Below, piece after piece: positions 41,591 to 52,536 of a DNA stretch of 64,000 nucleotides. Both the position numbers and the translations under genes were made by a program. The notes beneath the pieces are model-generated. The model saw nothing but the letters and a program-made list of their open reading frames with translations. It did no database searches and was not told where the DNA came from. Position 1 is the stretch's first letter. Each line of letters begins with the position of its first letter. This DNA comes from an uncultured delta proteobacterium. GTDB taxonomy: Bacteria; Desulfobacterota; Desulfobacteria; Desulfobacterales; JAFDCJ01. Location of the stretch: assembly GCA_963769935.1 (NCBI GenBank), contig CAVYNY010000009.1, positions 1 to 64,000 of the forward strand, in the 5' to 3' direction.

Positions 41591-42325
41591 CTAGTGGGTC
41601 AGTATCTTGCTGATGAATTGGGCCGCCCGGTCGGTTTGGGGATTGTCGAAAAACTGATCCGGCTTGCCCGTTTCCACCAGCAGCCCGTCATCCATGAATA
41701 TAACGCGATGCGCAACCTGCCGGGCAAAGCCCATTTCGTGGGTTACCACGCACATGGTGATTCCCTCTTTGGCCAGCTGGACCATAACATCGAGCACCTC
41801 CCCGATCATCTCCGGATCCAGCGCGCTGGTGGGCTCGTCAAAGAGCATTATTTTGGGATTCATGGCCAGTCCCCGGGCTATGGCCACTCGCTGCTGCTGG
41901 CCGCCCGACAACTGGGCCGGATAGGAATCCACCTTTTCTGCCAGGCCGACTCTGGCCAGGGTTTTGCGGCCCAACTTTTCAGCTTCCTTTTTGTTTATCT
42001 TGCGGACGTGGACCGGCGCCAGGGTGACGTTTTGCAGAGCCGTCATGTGGGGATAGAGATGAAATTGCTGGAAGACAAAGCCGATATCGGCCCGTAACTT
42101 GGTCAGGTTGATGCCGTAATCGTGCAGCGCGGTTCCATCCACGATCAGCTTGCCTTCCTGAAACTTTTCCAGGCGGTTGATGCACCGAATCAGTGTGGAT
42201 TTGCCCGATCCGCTCGGTCCGCAGATAACCAAAACTTCGCCGGGTTCGACCTGCAAATTAATGTCTTTGAGAACATGCAGTTTGCCGAACCATTTATTGA
42301 CATTTTCAAATTCGATCATGGTCAT
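41591..42325 (-). CDS. polar amino-acid ABC transporter ATPase (GlnQ-like)
   Basis: GPSGSGKST, LSGGQQQRVAIAR, FDEPTSALDPE; true start MTMIEFENV overlaps the permease stop. Confidence 0.94.
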   Translation of the reverse strand: MTMIEFENVNKWFGKLHVLKDINLQVEPGEVLVICGPSGSGKSTLIRCINRLEKFQEGKLIVDGTALHDYGINLTKLRADIGFVFQQFHLYPHMTALQNVTLAPVHVRKINKKEAEKLGRKTLARVGLAEKVDSYPAQLSGGQQQRVAIARGLAMNPKIMLFDEPTSALDPEMIGEVLDVMVQLAKEGITMCVVTHEMGFARQVAHRVIFMDDGLLVETGKPDQFFDNPQTDRAAQFISKILTH

Positions 42326-42990
42326 AACCTGACCTCCTGCACAGCCATTCTTCGTTCCAGGCTGTTGGAAACACGGATCAGCGGATAGGAAATAACGAAA
42401 TACAGAATTCCGACCAGACTGAACACCATCAATCCCTCCGGTATTCTGACCACCGTCATCCAGCCCACCCGGGTCAGCTCGACCACCCCGATAACTGAAA
42501 CCACCGAAGAATCCTTGATTAATAGAACATATTGGCCGACCAGCGGCGGTAAAATCGTCTGCATGGCCTGGGGTACGATCACGAAGCGCAGTTGCTGAAT
42601 GACGGACAGACCCGAAGCCGTAGCCGCCTCCCGCTGCCCCTGGTCTACGGCCTTTATTCCGCCGGCAACAATTTCGCATATAAAAGCCGCCCCCATGATG
42701 CTCAGCGCCAAGACGGCCGCCGGAAAGGCATCCAACTGGATGCCCCACTCCGGCAAAATAAAAAAAATGATAAATATCTGCACTACAAACGGTGTGCCCC
42801 GGATGACGAACACAAAGACTCCAATCGGCCAGGTCAACAGTTTTCTTTTGCTGGATCGCATGATGCCCAGCAAAAATCCAGAGATGGTGGCAAACGATAA
42901 ACCCAGCCCGGCGACGACGACGGTCATCCACAACCCCTTGAGGAAGAAAGGAAAAATTTCCACCAACCGCTGCAAATTGAATGCGATCAT
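42322..42990 (-). CDS. polar amino-acid ABC permease
   Basis: IRGTPFVVQ, GQREAA..SGL, LIKDSS. Confidence 0.93.
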   Translation of the reverse strand: MIAFNLQRLVEIFPFFLKGLWMTVVVAGLGLSFATISGFLLGIMRSSKRKLLTWPIGVFVFVIRGTPFVVQIFIIFFILPEWGIQLDAFPAAVLALSIMGAAFICEIVAGGIKAVDQGQREAATASGLSVIQQLRFVIVPQAMQTILPPLVGQYVLLIKDSSVVSVIGVVELTRVGWMTVVRIPEGLMVFSLVGILYFVISYPLIRVSNSLERRMAVQEVRL

Positions 42991-42993
42991 GGG

Positions 42994-43662
42994 TTAGTAG
43001 GCCTCGCGATAAATCAGCTTCTTCTGTGACCAGTCGGCTAAAGTCTTCAGGAAGAAGTAAATGCACAAATAAAAGAAAGCGACGGTAAAAAAAGCTTCGG
43101 TCGGCATGAAACGCTCCGAGGTCAGCACCTGTCCGCAGCGGGTCAACTCCAGAACCGAAATCAGCGAGAGCAGCGCCGAGTCTTTGACCAGCACAATGGC
43201 CTGGCCCAAGAGGGGTGGGACGGTCACCCCCAGGGCCTGGGGCAAAACGATAAAGCGCATTCTCTGAAAATAGCTCAGGCCGGAAGAAATCCCCGCCTCT
43301 ATCTGACCGATCGAAACCGACGTGATCCCGGCCCTGATGATCTCAGCCATGTAGGCACCGCTGTTGAGCATCAAGGCCAGGATACCGGTTTGAAGTTCGG
43401 GAACGCGCAGGCCGAGGGTTGGAAGGCCGAAGTAAAAAAAGTATATCTGAACCAAAAGGGGGGTTGATCGGATCGATTCGATGTAAGCGATGGATACGCC
43501 GCGCAACAGCTTCCAGCGCGAAAGACGGCAGGCACAGGCGATGGTTCCGACAATCAGCGCCAGAAAGATGGATACGATCGAAATCAGGAAGGTGTTTCTC
43601 AGGCCCTCCAGGAAAAAAGGCAAGTACTCCCAGATGATTCTGAAGTTGAACCCTTCAAGCAT
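42994..43662 (-). CDS. polar amino-acid ABC permease
   Basis: IRSTPLLVQ, AYMAEIIRAG, LVKDSA. Confidence 0.93.
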   Translation of the reverse strand: MLEGFNFRIIWEYLPFFLEGLRNTFLISIVSIFLALIVGTIACACRLSRWKLLRGVSIAYIESIRSTPLLVQIYFFYFGLPTLGLRVPELQTGILALMLNSGAYMAEIIRAGITSVSIGQIEAGISSGLSYFQRMRFIVLPQALGVTVPPLLGQAIVLVKDSALLSLISVLELTRCGQVLTSERFMPTEAFFTVAFFYLCIYFFLKTLADWSQKKLIYREAY

Positions 43663-43803
43663 TATACAATCATTTCCCTCCCGAGTGAGGCGCCCATTGC
43701 CGAGCGGGCGGCTTCAGCGTATTCCCCCCCCGCAAGGGTGAGGCCGGCCTCCCGTGGGCATGAATCCGAAGCCATCCGCTCTCTATATGAATGTAGTCAC
43801 CCA

Positions 43804-44610
43804 TTACTGGTGGTCTTTTTTCCAATCCGTAGACTCCATCCAGTACTTTACATTCGCATCGTAGGTCCCGTCGGCATGGATGGTGGCAAAGAACAGGTTA
43901 ACCCACTGCCAGAGGTTCACCGATTCCTGGCGAACCGCGAATGCCAGGGGGTCTTTGCCTGTGCCCAGGCGTTGATCCAGCAACCGGACCGAATTGGGTG
44001 GAAAGTCGGGCAGCGCGGTCAAAACGGCTAAATCGTCATTCACACCGGCGTCTACATGTCCGGCTAAAAGAGCTTGAACGATCATGCGTCCGCTGCCTTT
44101 GTAAGTCTTAATCTGAGCCTTGGGAAGATACTTCTTGGCGATATTCTCGCCCGTCGAGCCCAGCAACACTCCCACCGTGATGTCGGGCTTGTTGACGTCT
44201 TCCGGGACCTGGTAGGAAGCGCCCGTCTTGGTAAATACACAAGCTTGGACATAATACCAGGGATCGCAGAAAGTTATCTTGAGCGCCCGCTTGAGGGTCG
44301 GCGTCATGTCGGCGGCCAGAATATCGGCTTTGCCCGAAAGCAGCGCCGGAATGAGGCCGTCCCAGTCAAAATCCAAAATCTTCAGCTTAACATCCATACG
44401 TTTGGCCATCTCTCGCGCAAAGTCGACCATCGAACCGGTATAATCGCCGTTTTTGTCGACAAACGCATAGGGCGCGGCCCCGGATTGCACTGCGACCCTT
44501 AATTCTCCTCTTTTGACTATGTCAGCCAGAGTCCCCGCCGAAGCCGTCCCGGCAGTTGCCGCCGTAAGTGCCAAAACACAACAAACAGCAACTAATCCTT
44601 TAATTTTCAT
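43804..44610 (-). CDS. polar amino-acid ABC substrate-binding protein (SBP family 3)
   Basis: Signal peptide; WDGLIPALLSGKAD; T.KRA..I.F. Confidence 0.92.
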   Translation of the reverse strand: MKIKGLVAVCCVLALTAATAGTASAGTLADIVKRGELRVAVQSGAAPYAFVDKNGDYTGSMVDFAREMAKRMDVKLKILDFDWDGLIPALLSGKADILAADMTPTLKRALKITFCDPWYYVQACVFTKTGASYQVPEDVNKPDITVGVLLGSTGENIAKKYLPKAQIKTYKGSGRMIVQALLAGHVDAGVNDDLAVLTALPDFPPNSVRLLDQRLGTGKDPLAFAVRQESVNLWQWVNLFFATIHADGTYDANVKYWMESTDWKKDHQ

Positions 44611-44651
44611 AGTTTCCTCCTCTCAAGTTTTGATTGTTATTTCTTTGCATA

Positions 44652-45824
44652 TTACGCCAAGACTTCCTGCTCTTCTTCGACTACAATGCCCCGCTCGGCC
44701 ATTCGATCCATAAACAACTGATATGGTATATGGACTGCAGGTGCCAGAATGCCTTTTTCAGAGATTTCGTTGCCGGCGATCATCTGGGCCACGATACTGG
44801 CCGTAAACCCCACCCCCTTGCTCATGGCCATCAAACCGGTCTCCAGATCGCGCTCGATTAACAGGCGCAAGGTAAGACGGATTTTCTTTCCACCCGCCAG
44901 CCCCTCAAAAATGTTCAACATGACGACCAGGTCTTTTTCGTCATCCCGGTATTGAAGTCGGGGCCCCATTAATTTGTCCAGAAACTGAATCGGTGAGACA
45001 TCGCAGGGCAGACCGGCAACGGGTTTATCATCCAAAAATCCCATTTGCTTCAAGGGGTGCCAGAAAGCGCTCCATCCGGGCCAGCGCAAAGAATACCGCC
45101 CGCTCTCTTTGATGCCGGCGGTCACGCCCAGCAAATCGGTGTATTTGACGGCATCACCGTTGGGGATGGCCTCCAGCCGACCTAACTCCGGAAAATCGAT
45201 GTAATGGATAAATTGGGGATCATGCTGGCGGGCAGCCGGGATATCCACTTCGCGGCCGTTTTTTATGGCTCGCGAATCCCGCCGGGTGGAGCTCAACACC
45301 CCCTCCCAGATCCAGGATATCTTATAGTTGATCGGATTGTCGCAAGCGGATTTTTCCGGAAATCCCCCACAGTAGGATTGGATCACCTGCAGTTCATCAA
45401 ACCGCCGGCGGCCCTCACCATAAATAATCAGATCAATGCCTGGATCAAGGCCGCATTCGGGCATGATGGCTACCCCCGCGCTGCGGGCCTGATCGGCCAG
45501 ATTTAAAATAGTGCCGGCATAATTGGTATAGACCACCCCTACGCCGGTTGTGATGGCGGCCTGACATACCTGCGGCGTGAATTGGCGGGGCAAAAGATCG
45601 ATAGCCGCATCCGCACGGCTGAAAAGTTTTACGAGATTTTCCGGATCAGCCGCGTCCAGCAGCACCGGCTGTACTTTGGACATGCCGGGATAATCCTTGA
45701 TCCGATCAAATGCTGCCAATCTAGCGTCGGCGCAGATGATTTCAGCGACATTTTCGCTGCGGGCCAGGTCGTAAACAGCGGTGCGCCCCTGAAACCCGCA
45801 TCCTCCCAGTACCAGTATCTTCAA
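44652..45824 (-). CDS. saccharopine dehydrogenase-like oxidoreductase
   Basis: TTG start after GGGAGG; LGGCGFQG, ECGLDPG, NPINYKISW, SLRWPG. Confidence 0.88.
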   Translation of the reverse strand: MKILVLGGCGFQGRTAVYDLARSENVAEIICADARLAAFDRIKDYPGMSKVQPVLLDAADPENLVKLFSRADAAIDLLPRQFTPQVCQAAITTGVGVVYTNYAGTILNLADQARSAGVAIMPECGLDPGIDLIIYGEGRRRFDELQVIQSYCGGFPEKSACDNPINYKISWIWEGVLSSTRRDSRAIKNGREVDIPAARQHDPQFIHYIDFPELGRLEAIPNGDAVKYTDLLGVTAGIKESGRYSLRWPGWSAFWHPLKQMGFLDDKPVAGLPCDVSPIQFLDKLMGPRLQYRDDEKDLVVMLNIFEGLAGGKKIRLTLRLLIERDLETGLMAMSKGVGFTASIVAQMIAGNEISEKGILAPAVHIPYQLFMDRMAERGIVVEEEQEVLA

Positions 45825-46000
45825 GGTCGAGTCCCTCCCGTGTTTATAGCGCGAATAGGAAGACGCGCAGATAGGTTGAGTAAAGAATCCTGGCCCCGAG
45901 GACCAGGTTTTCAATGTTGGACGTTCGATGTTTCAAACCAACCTCCTACAGCATGAACACAACCTGGGAATGTTTACAAAATAGTTCAGCGCGTGAGGGC

Positions 46001-46714
46001 TCAGCCCCCCAGATAAGCTTTTTTGACCTCGGGATCATCAAGCAGTTCGGCCGATGATCCCTGCAAAACCAGGTTGCCGTTTTCCAGCACATAGCCCCGG
46101 CTGGCAAACTGCAGCGCCAGACGGGCATTTTGCTCCACCAGCAGAATGGTGGTGCCTTCCCGGTTGATTTCTTTCAGCGCATCAAACATGCTCATCATCA
46201 ACAGGGGAGCCAATCCCATGGACGGTTCATCCAGCAGCATGACTTTCCGCCCGCTCATATAGGCTCTCCCCACCGCCAGCATCTGCTGTTCGCCACCGCT
46301 CAACGTGCCCGATTTCTGGTGTTGTCGTTCCTCCAGGCGCGGGAATATGGAAAATACACGTTTGAAGTCCTGTTGAATCTCATCCCGGTCTTTGCGGGCA
46401 AAAGTCGCCAGCATCAGATTTTCGGTAACCGTCAGGTTTTCGAACAAACGCCGGCCTTCCGGGACGTGGGAAATGCCCAGTTGGCTGACGACTTTATCGG
46501 CAGGGTAATGCAGCAGGTCATTGCCGGCAAATGACATTCGGGTGCCTTCTTCGACCGGGACCATGCGTGATATGGCCTTGAGTGTGGTACTCTTGCCGGC
46601 GCCGTTGGCCCCGATGATGCAAACAATCTCCCCTTCATCGATTTGAAAGTTCAGCCCGTGCAAGGCCTTGATGTTGCCGTATGATACGCGCAAATCCTCA
46701 ACCGATAACAGCAT
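46001..46714 (-). CDS. livF: branched-chain amino-acid ABC ATPase LivF-like
   Basis: GANGAGKST, VPEGRR, LSGGEQQML, DEPSMGLAP. Confidence 0.92.
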   Translation of the reverse strand: MLLSVEDLRVSYGNIKALHGLNFQIDEGEIVCIIGANGAGKSTTLKAISRMVPVEEGTRMSFAGNDLLHYPADKVVSQLGISHVPEGRRLFENLTVTENLMLATFARKDRDEIQQDFKRVFSIFPRLEERQHQKSGTLSGGEQQMLAVGRAYMSGRKVMLLDEPSMGLAPLLMMSMFDALKEINREGTTILLVEQNARLALQFASRGYVLENGNLVLQGSSAELLDDPEVKKAYLGG

Positions 46715-47484
46715 TATTCAACTACCTCCTTGCCCAGATAGGCATCGATCACTTTGGAGTTGTTTTGGATTTCTTCCGGCGTGCCCTCGGCAATCACCTC
46801 ACCGAAGACCAGGGTCTGAATTCTCTCGCAAAGCTCCATGACCACCTTCATACGATGTTCGATCAGAAAAATGGCCAAGCCAAATTCCCTGTGGACCTGA
46901 CGGATAATATCCATCATCTGCACAAGTTCCTCGGGATTCATGCCGGCCGTCGGTTCGTCCAAAAACAGAACTTTGGGTTCCATTGCCAGCGCCCGGGCCA
47001 TTTCCACCCGCCGCTGGGCGCCATAAGGCAGGTTAAGGACATTTTGATCGGCGAACTGAGCAACCCGCATCATCTTCAAAAGTTGAGATGCGATCTCTGC
47101 GCTTTCGGCCTCCTCCCGGCGTCTGCGGGGGGTGCCGAAAAATGCACCGACCAGTCCATAAGTCAGTTTGGAATAGCGGGCCATGGTGACATGTTCCAAC
47201 ACCGTCATGTGACGCCACAGAAGCATGTTTTGAAAGGTTCGCCCGATACCCAGTGAAGCGATCTCATGGGGAGCGCGGCCGTTTAATTTTTGACCCTCCA
47301 ACAGTATTTTCCCCTCAGTGGGCTGGTAGATGCCGGTGATGAGGTTGAAAATGGTGGTTTTGCCGGCGCCGTTGGGACCGATCAACCCTCGGATTTGGCC
47401 GGGTTCGATATCGAGTCCATAGTTGTAAACAGCCCGCAGGCCGCCGAAATAGTGCGACATTTTTTGGATTTGAAGCAGCGCCAT
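46714..47484 (-). CDS. livG: branched-chain amino-acid ABC ATPase LivG-like
   Basis: GPNGAGKTT, RTFQN, LPYGAQRRVE, AYLG. Confidence 0.92.
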   Translation of the reverse strand: MALLQIQKMSHYFGGLRAVYNYGLDIEPGQIRGLIGPNGAGKTTIFNLITGIYQPTEGKILLEGQKLNGRAPHEIASLGIGRTFQNMLLWRHMTVLEHVTMARYSKLTYGLVGAFFGTPRRRREEAESAEIASQLLKMMRVAQFADQNVLNLPYGAQRRVEMARALAMEPKVLFLDEPTAGMNPEELVQMMDIIRQVHREFGLAIFLIEHRMKVVMELCERIQTLVFGEVIAEGTPEEIQNNSKVIDAYLGKEVVE

Positions 47485-47637
47485 GCGTTATTTACCTCAA
47501 AACGAAGCCAAACAAGTTAAAATAATTTGTCTGCTTTTAAATATGATCTCGGCTAATATAAGAAATGACTAAAATGCCTAAAATTAAGGATGTAAATCAT
47601 TTTATCTTCCATCAACTATAAACGATCAACTATCAAC

Positions 47638-48933
47638 TCAATCAACTTTTTTCGGCTGGACCAATTTTTTAACGTCGAATTCCTTGAATGCAATCAGGCC
47701 GGTCGGGCGAAAAATCATTACCAGTATCAGGAGCAGGGGAATGATAATCCACTTAAATAGTTCCAGCGGCCGCAGCATCTCGCCGAGCAAGCTGATGCTG
47801 CAGGCACCGACGATAGAACCGTATACGGAGTTCAGCCCGCCGAAATAGACCATTGCCAGAACTTCGGCCAGCTTCTGGATGCCGAAGCTGCTTGGATTCA
47901 CGTATCGCAAGGCATGGGCGTATAACCCTCCGGCTACACCGGCCCAAAAGGCACCAAACAAAAAGGCGGTGATTTTGGTTTGACGGGTGTTGACGGTCAT
48001 GGCATCTGCAGCCATTTCATTGTCGCGCACGGCATTTAAAGCCTTGCCCAGAGTGGAGCGCACAAAATTGTTGATAACCCATATGCCGATCACAACGGTG
48101 GCAAAGACCACCGGCCGATTGGCCCAATCGGGCTGGTCGCCCAAGCCGCGGGGGCCCCCCACAACCTCAAGATTCTCGATCAGACTTTTTACGATGAACA
48201 TAAATGCCAGTGAAATAATTGCAAGGTAGTCCCCCCGTGTCCTGAAGGAAGGTATGGCCACTGCCAGCGCACCGAAGGCCGCTACCAGTCCGCCCAGGAT
48301 TAGCGCAATGGGGAAAAAAAAGGGACCGAGCCAATGCGGCAGCAGTGCAGCTCCTAAAAGTCGGTCATCGGCAAACAGGCCGAGGGTGAAAACCGAGGAG
48401 GCATAAGCCCCCAGGGCCATAAAGCCGGGGTGCGAACATGAGAATTCGCCCATATAGCCGTTGATCACATTCAAGCTCAATGTCAGCAAAACGGCAATCA
48501 AAGAGAATCTGAGCACATCCGCCCGATAGAGGCTCATGTCCGACCACCAGTGCAGGATTACGTAAAACATGCCAAGATGAATGAGCGCTGAAAGCATCAG
48601 CGGATAATCAAGCAGTTTGGCCGCCAGCCGGTTCATGCCGGCCGCACTCAAACGCGCAACCACGAGGATCGGCAAAACATAAATCAGCACCAGATAAATT
48701 AAAGCACTGTGGATCAGCAGCGGCTGTTTGAGCATGATGGCAAAGCCGAAAAGCATCGGTGCCTTGCGCAGTCCCAGCGTTCGTGCGAAGGGCGTTCCGA
48801 TGAAATATTCCAGCCCTACTGCAATCAGTGCGCCCAGCAGCCAGCTGAGCAGAGGAACCCGAGCCACAAATGTCCGGATATGGCTCATGATTGCGCTCCT
48901 GTTCGTCGACACCCCTTCGCCTATTGCTTCCAT
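47638..48933 (-). CDS. livM: branched-chain amino-acid ABC permease LivM-like
   Basis: SLNVINGYMG, RGDYLAI, AVRDNEMAA, RPTGL; start uncertain. Confidence 0.88.
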   Translation of the reverse strand: MEAIGEGVSTNRSAIMSHIRTFVARVPLLSWLLGALIAVGLEYFIGTPFARTLGLRKAPMLFGFAIMLKQPLLIHSALIYLVLIYVLPILVVARLSAAGMNRLAAKLLDYPLMLSALIHLGMFYVILHWWSDMSLYRADVLRFSLIAVLLTLSLNVINGYMGEFSCSHPGFMALGAYASSVFTLGLFADDRLLGAALLPHWLGPFFFPIALILGGLVAAFGALAVAIPSFRTRGDYLAIISLAFMFIVKSLIENLEVVGGPRGLGDQPDWANRPVVFATVVIGIWVINNFVRSTLGKALNAVRDNEMAADAMTVNTRQTKITAFLFGAFWAGVAGGLYAHALRYVNPSSFGIQKLAEVLAMVYFGGLNSVYGSIVGACSISLLGEMLRPLELFKWIIIPLLLILVMIFRPTGLIAFKEFDVKKLVQPKKVD

Positions 48934-48988
48934 ATCAGGTCCTCAATGTTATTGAATATTGAAAATTGAATATTCAATTTTCAATTTG

Positions 48989-49909
48989 TCATAGCCTCAG
49001 TTGCGCACTATACGGTTCACCGAAGAATCCATGGGGCCGGAACACCAGAATAAGTAGAATGATCGAATAGGCGATCAAGTCTCGAAAAGTTGACGGAAAG
49101 ATCATCGGCACAAACATCTCAATAAAACCCAGTAAAAAACCCGCCAGCGTGGCTCCAACTACCGAGCCTCGGCCTCCTAAAATGGCAGCCACAAAGGCCT
49201 TCCAGCCGATCAGAACACCCATGTAGGGATCCAAGACCGGATAAGCAACTCCGAAAAGGATGCCGGCCGCGGCAGCCAACCCCGATCCGATGGCAAAGGT
49301 TAGCGCAGCGATCCTGTTGATCGGCACTCCCATCAACGGTACGACCACATAATCAAAGGCCATGGCGCGCATCGCCATTCCCCAGCGCGTGCGGCGGATG
49401 AACTGGTGCAGCGCAAACGACAAGGCGATAGACACCAGCACGATCATAATCTTTTTGTTGGTCACCACTACCCCGCCGAATCGATAGGTGGTTGTTTCAA
49501 TCAATGATGGAAAGCTGTATCGTTGCGCTCCTAACAGAATCAGATTGCCCGTTTCCAGGATGATGCCGATCATAAGCCCGGTGATGGCGGCCGAAGCCCG
49601 CGGCGCATCACGCAAAGGCCTGTAGCAGACACGTTCGACAAACATACCCACAAAAGAGGTCAGAAACATGGAGATAAGTATTGTCAAAACCAAGATCAAC
49701 CAGCCGGGCAGCGCGAAAGCCCCCATGGCGGTAAGCGCCACAATAGCCGTGGCAACGCCTAAACCGATATAGGCACCGACCATAAAAATATCGCCGTGCG
49801 CAAAGTTAAAGAGCATCAGAATACTGTACACCATGGAATATCCCAACGCGATAAGGGCATAAAAACTTCCCCACTGCAAGGCGTTGATCAGGTTTTGAAA
49901 AAATACCAT
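48989..49909 (-). CDS. livH: branched-chain amino-acid ABC permease LivH-like
   Basis: YALIALGYSMVY, NFAHG, KAFVAAILGG, RPHG. Confidence 0.92.
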   Translation of the reverse strand: MVFFQNLINALQWGSFYALIALGYSMVYSILMLFNFAHGDIFMVGAYIGLGVATAIVALTAMGAFALPGWLILVLTILISMFLTSFVGMFVERVCYRPLRDAPRASAAITGLMIGIILETGNLILLGAQRYSFPSLIETTTYRFGGVVVTNKKIMIVLVSIALSFALHQFIRRTRWGMAMRAMAFDYVVVPLMGVPINRIAALTFAIGSGLAAAAGILFGVAYPVLDPYMGVLIGWKAFVAAILGGRGSVVGATLAGFLLGFIEMFVPMIFPSTFRDLIAYSIILLILVFRPHGFFGEPYSAQLRL

Positions 49910-49934
49910 CAGTGTTCTCCCCGGTTCCTTACAA

Positions 49935-49985
49935 AAAAGCGGAAAAGACAGTTGGGTTTCCCCGGCTCAACCGGGGAAACCCAAC
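49935..49985 (-). terminator. stem-loop after the binding-protein gene (terminator or mRNA stabiliser)
   Basis: Perfect 15-bp stem at 49951-49985 followed by a U-rich run on the minus strand. Confidence 0.7.
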
Positions 49986-50020
49986 CACATTACCATGTAC
50001 TCCATTGGGTTTGCCTGCCG

Positions 50021-51199
50021 CTAGGGGCAAACAGATTTATAAAATTCAAACTCGCCGGTATCACTGATGCGAACGATAACGGCACACTTGATCGGATCGC
50101 CGTCCTCGGTAAAGGTCATCTTACCGGTGATCCCGTCAAATTCCTTGATCTTGGCCATCGCATCCCGCACGCACTGGCGGTCGACCTTGAGGTTGCCCGT
50201 CAGCTTGCCGCAATCCTGAATGGCCTGCTGCACAATGCGGATCGAATCCCAGGTCAGTGCCGCCACATCATCCGGAACATAACCGTACTCTTTTTGATAG
50301 CGATCAATAAATTCCTTGGTTGCGCCTTTGGCGCCTGCGGCCGCATAGTGGGTGCTGAAGAACGAACCATAGCAGTCTTTACCGCATAGTTTGACCGTTT
50401 CAGCCGACCCCCAGCTGTCACTGCCCACGATGGGCTTGTTCCACCCCAGCTGATGGGCCTGCTGAACGATCAGCGCCACTTCGTTGTAGTACTGCGGGGT
50501 GAACAGGAATTGGGCGCCGGAGTTGATGATCTTCGTCAGCTGAGAGCTGAAATCGGTGTCTTTGGTGGTAAAACTTTCGTAGGCCACCACCGAGCCGGGA
50601 CCATTGAGCCCCTCCCAGGCCTTTTTAAAGAATTCAGCCAGTCCTTTGGGGTAATCACTGGCCACGTCGTAAAGCACGGCAGCTTTGGTGAAGCCGAATT
50701 CACTTTTGACAAAGTTGGCAACCACCGGCCCTTGAAACGGATCCAGGAAGCAGCCGCGAAACACGAAAGGACGATCTTTGGTGGTGTCGGGGTTGGTCGA
50801 CCAGGGGCTGATCATCGGCGTACCCAGCTCGTTGGCTTTTGCGCCGGCGGGAATCGCCTGCTTCGAGGACTGGGGGCCCACAATCGCCAGAACATCATCC
50901 TCGGTGATCAGCTTGGTGTTGGCTTTGACGGCAGATTCGGCTTTGGATTCGTTGTCTTCGATGACCAGCTCAACTTTATACTTCTTTCCGCCGACGTCAA
51001 TGCCGCCGGCGGCATTAACGTCTTCCAGCCACATCTGGGCCGCATATTTCGTGCCCTCGCCCACTTTGGGGATATCGCCTGTCAGGGGGGCGTTCACCCC
51101 TATTCTGATGGTGTCGGGCCCGGCCGAATAGGCACAAACCCCCAGACCCGCTACCATAAATGAAATGACTGCTGCCACAAATACAATTCTTTTCATCAT
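50021..51199 (-). CDS. branched-chain amino-acid ABC substrate-binding protein LivK-like
   Basis: Signal peptide; IGVNAPLTG, VFRGCFLDPFQG, DFSSQLTKI. Confidence 0.92.
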   Translation of the reverse strand: MMKRIVFVAAVISFMVAGLGVCAYSAGPDTIRIGVNAPLTGDIPKVGEGTKYAAQMWLEDVNAAGGIDVGGKKYKVELVIEDNESKAESAVKANTKLITEDDVLAIVGPQSSKQAIPAGAKANELGTPMISPWSTNPDTTKDRPFVFRGCFLDPFQGPVVANFVKSEFGFTKAAVLYDVASDYPKGLAEFFKKAWEGLNGPGSVVAYESFTTKDTDFSSQLTKIINSGAQFLFTPQYYNEVALIVQQAHQLGWNKPIVGSDSWGSAETVKLCGKDCYGSFFSTHYAAAGAKGATKEFIDRYQKEYGYVPDDVAALTWDSIRIVQQAIQDCGKLTGNLKVDRQCVRDAMAKIKEFDGITGKMTFTEDGDPIKCAVIVRISDTGEFEFYKSVCP

Positions 51200-51581
51200 A
51201 AGGCTCCTTTCCTACGCTTTTGGTTAGTTGTTTCCCGCCCGGGCGGAAATCGACCTTCCGGATTGAAGAACCAACAGCCTAAAATCCATACAGGTAGTAG
51301 GGTGCATATCACATGAATTTTGGATTTTCAATGCCAATCATTGCTAATCCTTCACAGTTTCAGAGTTTCCGCTAAGTGGATTTCAGAGGTCGCAATGATT
51401 TTCCCGACCTTGACTTCAGGCAAGCGCGGGTTCGGATCATCGGCGTTTGGAATTTCGATATACAATGATTCTTGGTAAATTTTTTGATGATATCATAAAA
51501 AAATAAATTAATTATTGACAGAATCCCCAATATTATTTAGAGCATTAACGATCCTCAAGCCCCCTAAACGCGACTGAGCCC

Positions 51582-52025
51582 ATGAACATCGATCAAATAA
51601 ATCTCTCCATCATCAAGCATCTGCGGGACGGTCGCAAGTCCTATAAAAAAATTGCGGAAGAGTTATCTCTTTCCGAAAACACCGTTCGGACCCGTGTCAA
51701 TAAACTGATTGATGAAGGCGTGCTGGAAATTGCCGGTCTGGTGGATGCGGAGGCTGTCACCGATCACCGCACTGTCATTGTGGGCGTTAAGCTGTCCACC
51801 ATGGAACTGGTTAAAAAAGGGGAAGAATTCAGCCGGTTGAAAGGGGTTATTTCAGTCAGTGTCGTCACCGGACGCTTTGATCTGATTCTGGTTGTTCTGC
51901 TGAAGCCTGGATTCGGACTGTTGGAATTTTACACCGAAGAAGTATCCAGGCTAAAGGATGTCCAATCGGTCGAAACATTTGTGGTTTACAAAAGCTACAA
52001 TTTCAAGGTACCGTATGTATTATAG
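51582..52025 (+). CDS. Lrp/AsnC-family transcriptional regulator
   Basis: DGRKSY..IAEEL.LSENTVRTRV HTH; VTGRFDL RAM domain; divergent from the liv operon. Confidence 0.93.
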   Translation: MNIDQINLSIIKHLRDGRKSYKKIAEELSLSENTVRTRVNKLIDEGVLEIAGLVDAEAVTDHRTVIVGVKLSTMELVKKGEEFSRLKGVISVSVVTGRFDLILVVLLKPGFGLLEFYTEEVSRLKDVQSVETFVVYKSYNFKVPYVL

Positions 52026-52079
52026 AAGTAAAAATTCTGAAATTCAATTGGCCATTCATCGGAAAGAAAAGGAGGCAGC

Positions 52080-52481
52080 ATGAAAGAACTGAGTGAATTG
52101 AGTTTTCCGGATGATTTTCGCTACTCAGAAAGTCATGAGTGGGTTAAAGCGGAAGGAGGCAAGGTCAAAATCGGCATCACGGACTATGCTCAGGATCAGC
52201 TGGGCGACATTGTCTTTGTGGAAATGCCCGAGGTCGGAGCAACTTTTGAAAAAGGGGCGGAATTCGGTACGGTGGAATCGGTCAAGGCCGTTTCGGAGCT
52301 CTACATCCCCATCGCCGGAGAAGTTGTCGCCGTCAATGCCGCCCTGGAAGACGCTCCCGAACTGATCAACAACTCGCCCTATACCGATGGGTGGATGATT
52401 CAGGTCAAACCCGACGACCCATCTGAAATAGAAAGCCTGATGACCAAAGATGCGTATTTGGATTCATTGCAGGGATCCTAA
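52080..52481 (+). CDS. gcvH: glycine cleavage system H protein
   Basis: [21 protein letters not shown], lipoyl site [18 protein letters not shown]. Confidence 0.97.
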   Translation: MKELSELSFPDDFRYSESHEWVKAEGGKVKIGITDYAQDQLGDIVFVEMPEVGATFEKGAEFGTVESVKAVSELYIPIAGEVVAVNAALEDAPELINNSPYTDGWMIQVKPDDPSEIESLMTKDAYLDSLQGS

Positions 52482-52536
52482 GCGCTGAATGGGGGAACGA
52501 TCGCCAACCAAAAAATAATCACAAAGGACAACCGCC

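Noticed and set aside
42326..43066. N-terminal extension of the 491-aa ABC ATPase ORF
   Set aside because: Overlaps the real permease in another frame; the ATPase starts at 42325.
51200..52080. Glycine or lysine riboswitch upstream of liv/gcv
   Set aside because: No recognisable aptamer motifs; an Lrp regulator is present instead.
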